Assembly: GCA_977020255.1 (NCBI GenBank)
Contig: CDROCS010000582.1
Span: 62,001-126,000 of the forward strand
Reading direction: 5' to 3'
Source of the DNA: Obrimoposthia wandeli
Taxonomy: Eukaryota
DNA length: 64,000 nt
In this document: positions 62,229 through 64,000 of the stretch, piece by piece
Layout of the letters: each line of letters begins with the position of its first letter
How positions within the stretch are numbered: the first letter of the stretch is position 1
Made by a program: the position numbers and the translations under genes
The notes under the pieces: generated by a model
Databases searched by the model: none
What the model was told of the DNA's origin: nothing
What the model saw: the letters and a program-made list of their open reading frames with translations, nothing else

Positions 62229-62502
62229 GCGGTTTTCATTTTTTGATTTTTTTAGTTTAGTTTTTTAAAATTTTAGATCCTTATGGCACTTAGACTCTAA
62301 CTTATTTGTTATTTCAATACTTTTTTAGGATGGACCTTATTTATTATGCCTTATCTTTGCTGACATATCTCATTGTGATGTTGTGATTAATAAATGTATT
62401 AAAAAAATTGTCTTATGTCTTTTATTATTTTACTCTTATATTTTTAGAAATTTAAAAAATAATTCAAAATAAAACATTTAAAATTTTTATTTTTATAACA
62501 CA

Positions 62503-62883
62503 CTAATTGTTTTGCAACGATAACCATAAAATACATAAATGTCCACAGTTTCTCGTCGCATGATCCTGATATTGTATCTTGTTGTAAAATACTCTTCTTC
62601 GTCCTTTTTGAATAGTTGAAACAAGTTTGTGTGGATAATACATTGCAAGTGGATCAAATACATGTATTGTCCACTCTCTAACATAAATAGCTATCCAATG
62701 TTCTCCTGGTAAATTCGAAGTATGAGTATTGATAATGTAACCTCCATATTGAAAAAATGGAATCATATCAATAGGATAAACTCCATTGAATTTATCACCC
62801 AGGACCTTCTCTGCTGATTCTTTTACTTGTTTTGAACTAAATAAAAATTAATAAATATAAATTTAAAAAATGTCTTACTTCAT
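62503..62883 (-). CDS. Polinton D adenain-like cysteine protease, two exons (62883-62879, 62836-62503), 112 aa
   Basis: ATG AA|GTAAGA..TTTATTTAG|T TCA gives MNSKQVKE...GVYPIDMIP...NLPGEHWIA..VFDPLA..QYQDHATRNCGHLC (His, Asp, Gln and Cys of the adenain fold). Confidence 0.9.
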
Positions 62884-62884
62884 T

Positions 62885-64000
62885 CTATAATATGACAGTT
62901 CTGTTTTTATTGATTTGTATTTCGGAATCAAACACTTCGAAAATAAGCACCGTTGTAGGATATGTTAAAGCTGCATTGAACTTAATTTCTAGACGTAAAT
63001 TTCCATCCTTTGGTAGTTGGCATTGGTTTATATCAAAGTCTGGTGCCAAAACAAATGTGAAGAACGTGCAGCTACTTTTAAACTCAGTGAAAGAAATACC
63101 ATTGTTTATATTTTTATCTAGTTGACCCAAATTCCGAATAATAGATTGGGTATAAGCCAAAGCATAAGCGTCACCTTCGAAATCTGTTTTATATGTTTCG
63201 CGATAATCAGTATTTCTTGAAAGTGTCACTGAACCTACATTAAGATTGTCAAATTGAGTTGCATCTGTCGTATAATTTCCTAGAAACTTTGCAGTTTTTT
63301 GAAAAGAAATTAAAATGAATTTCGGTAATCTTACATCACCAAAAATTTGATCCTTATTAAAAGCTTGTGTACCCGTACCTAAAGAATAAGATATAAGTTT
63401 AGTTTCTCTAATAGGATAACAAGCATTGTTTTTTCCATTCCTATATTATGTGCCATTAAAACTGATTGCTCGGTTTTAACTCTTCGAACATACAATTTTG
63501 CATCCAAAATATCAAGTCTAGGTTTTAGAATGTCCGTGCTTATCAAAGAAAAATTCCATTTATTACGTTTCAAACGAAGATGTACATTAACACCGGGAAT
63601 TAAATATTTCGGTTGTTCAAAGAAATTCAATCTCAAAGACCCACACATTTCGTAAGCTTTAGAACCTGCAATCCATTCTTTGCGAGTTGCATCAGTTTTA
63701 TCATAACCAATGGTTGCCAAATTAGTATTTTGAGTATCAGTACTATAATTCAAAAGACTTTCAATCAAAGCTTTATGAGCATAGGAAGAATTTCCACCTT
63801 CAATTTTGACATTATTAAGAGTAACAATGGCATCATTAAATAAAGAATTAAATAGATAATTTATAGGTGTTACATCGGCATTTTCATCTAAATTAGTACC
63901 ATCCCGATTTAATACTTTTATTTGAACATAAAGCAAAGTATCATTCAAATCTAAATACTCGCTATTGGAACCATTAATATTAAATTCTAAATCGGTTAAA
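62885..64000 (-). CDS. Polinton D major capsid protein (5' end beyond the window; one homopolymer frameshift near 63430)
   Basis: YLDLNDTLLY, SYAHKALIESLLNYS, QPKYLIPGV, FTFVLAPDFD, GNLRLEIKF, VFDSEIQINKNRTV. Confidence 0.93.

Larger units (their letters stand above)
58477..64000. mobile_element. Polinton/Maverick D: left terminus, polB (+), protease (-), capsid (-); continues beyond the window
   Basis: Starts AGTAGGTAGATGT (left flank AATATA), then a GC-rich TIR region and hallmark genes. Confidence 0.95.

Noticed and set aside
35691-63843. Antisense ORFs over Polinton, Gypsy and AGPAT-intron sequence (e.g. 35691-35921, 38384-38581, 55105-55578, 60413-60646, 62892-63125, 63613-63843)
   Set aside because: Shadow frames of genuine genes on the opposite strand; no independent motifs.
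1-64000. tRNA, rRNA or prokaryotic operon features
   Set aside because: No cloverleaf or rRNA-like segments were recognised; spliceosomal introns and TE content indicate a eukaryotic nuclear locus.

Overview
Very AT-rich eukaryotic (animal-like) genomic DNA, about 75% transposon- or virus-derived. It holds five Polinton/Maverick (adintovirus-like) pieces, all with pPolB on the + strand: A (1-1493, right end), a polB remnant (~7750-8500), B (~13745-25480, right end), C (~34585-38940) and D (58477 to the window end, left end, probably near-intact). Termini share 5'-AGTAGGTAGA / TCTACCTACT-3'. Four long solo LTRs of one family (TGTT..AACA, 4-bp TSDs) each carry different tandem arrays, and two are nested inside the capsid gene of B. 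Also present: a Gypsy gag element, an internally deleted Gypsy with TG..TA LTRs, a decayed BEL/Pao, a piggyBac derivative and MITEs. A hAT-like TIR-bounded 4.5-kb segment carries an ABC-F pseudogene and a polyubiquitin fragment. Two host genes missed by the ORF track were rebuilt by hand from splice sites on the minus strand: a complete 6-exon AGPAT1/2-type acyltransferase (262 aa) and three exons of a HINT3-like gene. Best leads: (i) a type I hammerhead ribozyme fold at 22100-22152 in an insertion that splits polB of B; (ii) a ~40-nt spliceosomal intron at the same position in the protease gene of two divergent Polintons; (iii) the array-bearing, splice-site-containing long LTR family; (iv) a strong same-strand bias of TE coding genes. 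All calls are by eye; no database searches were run.
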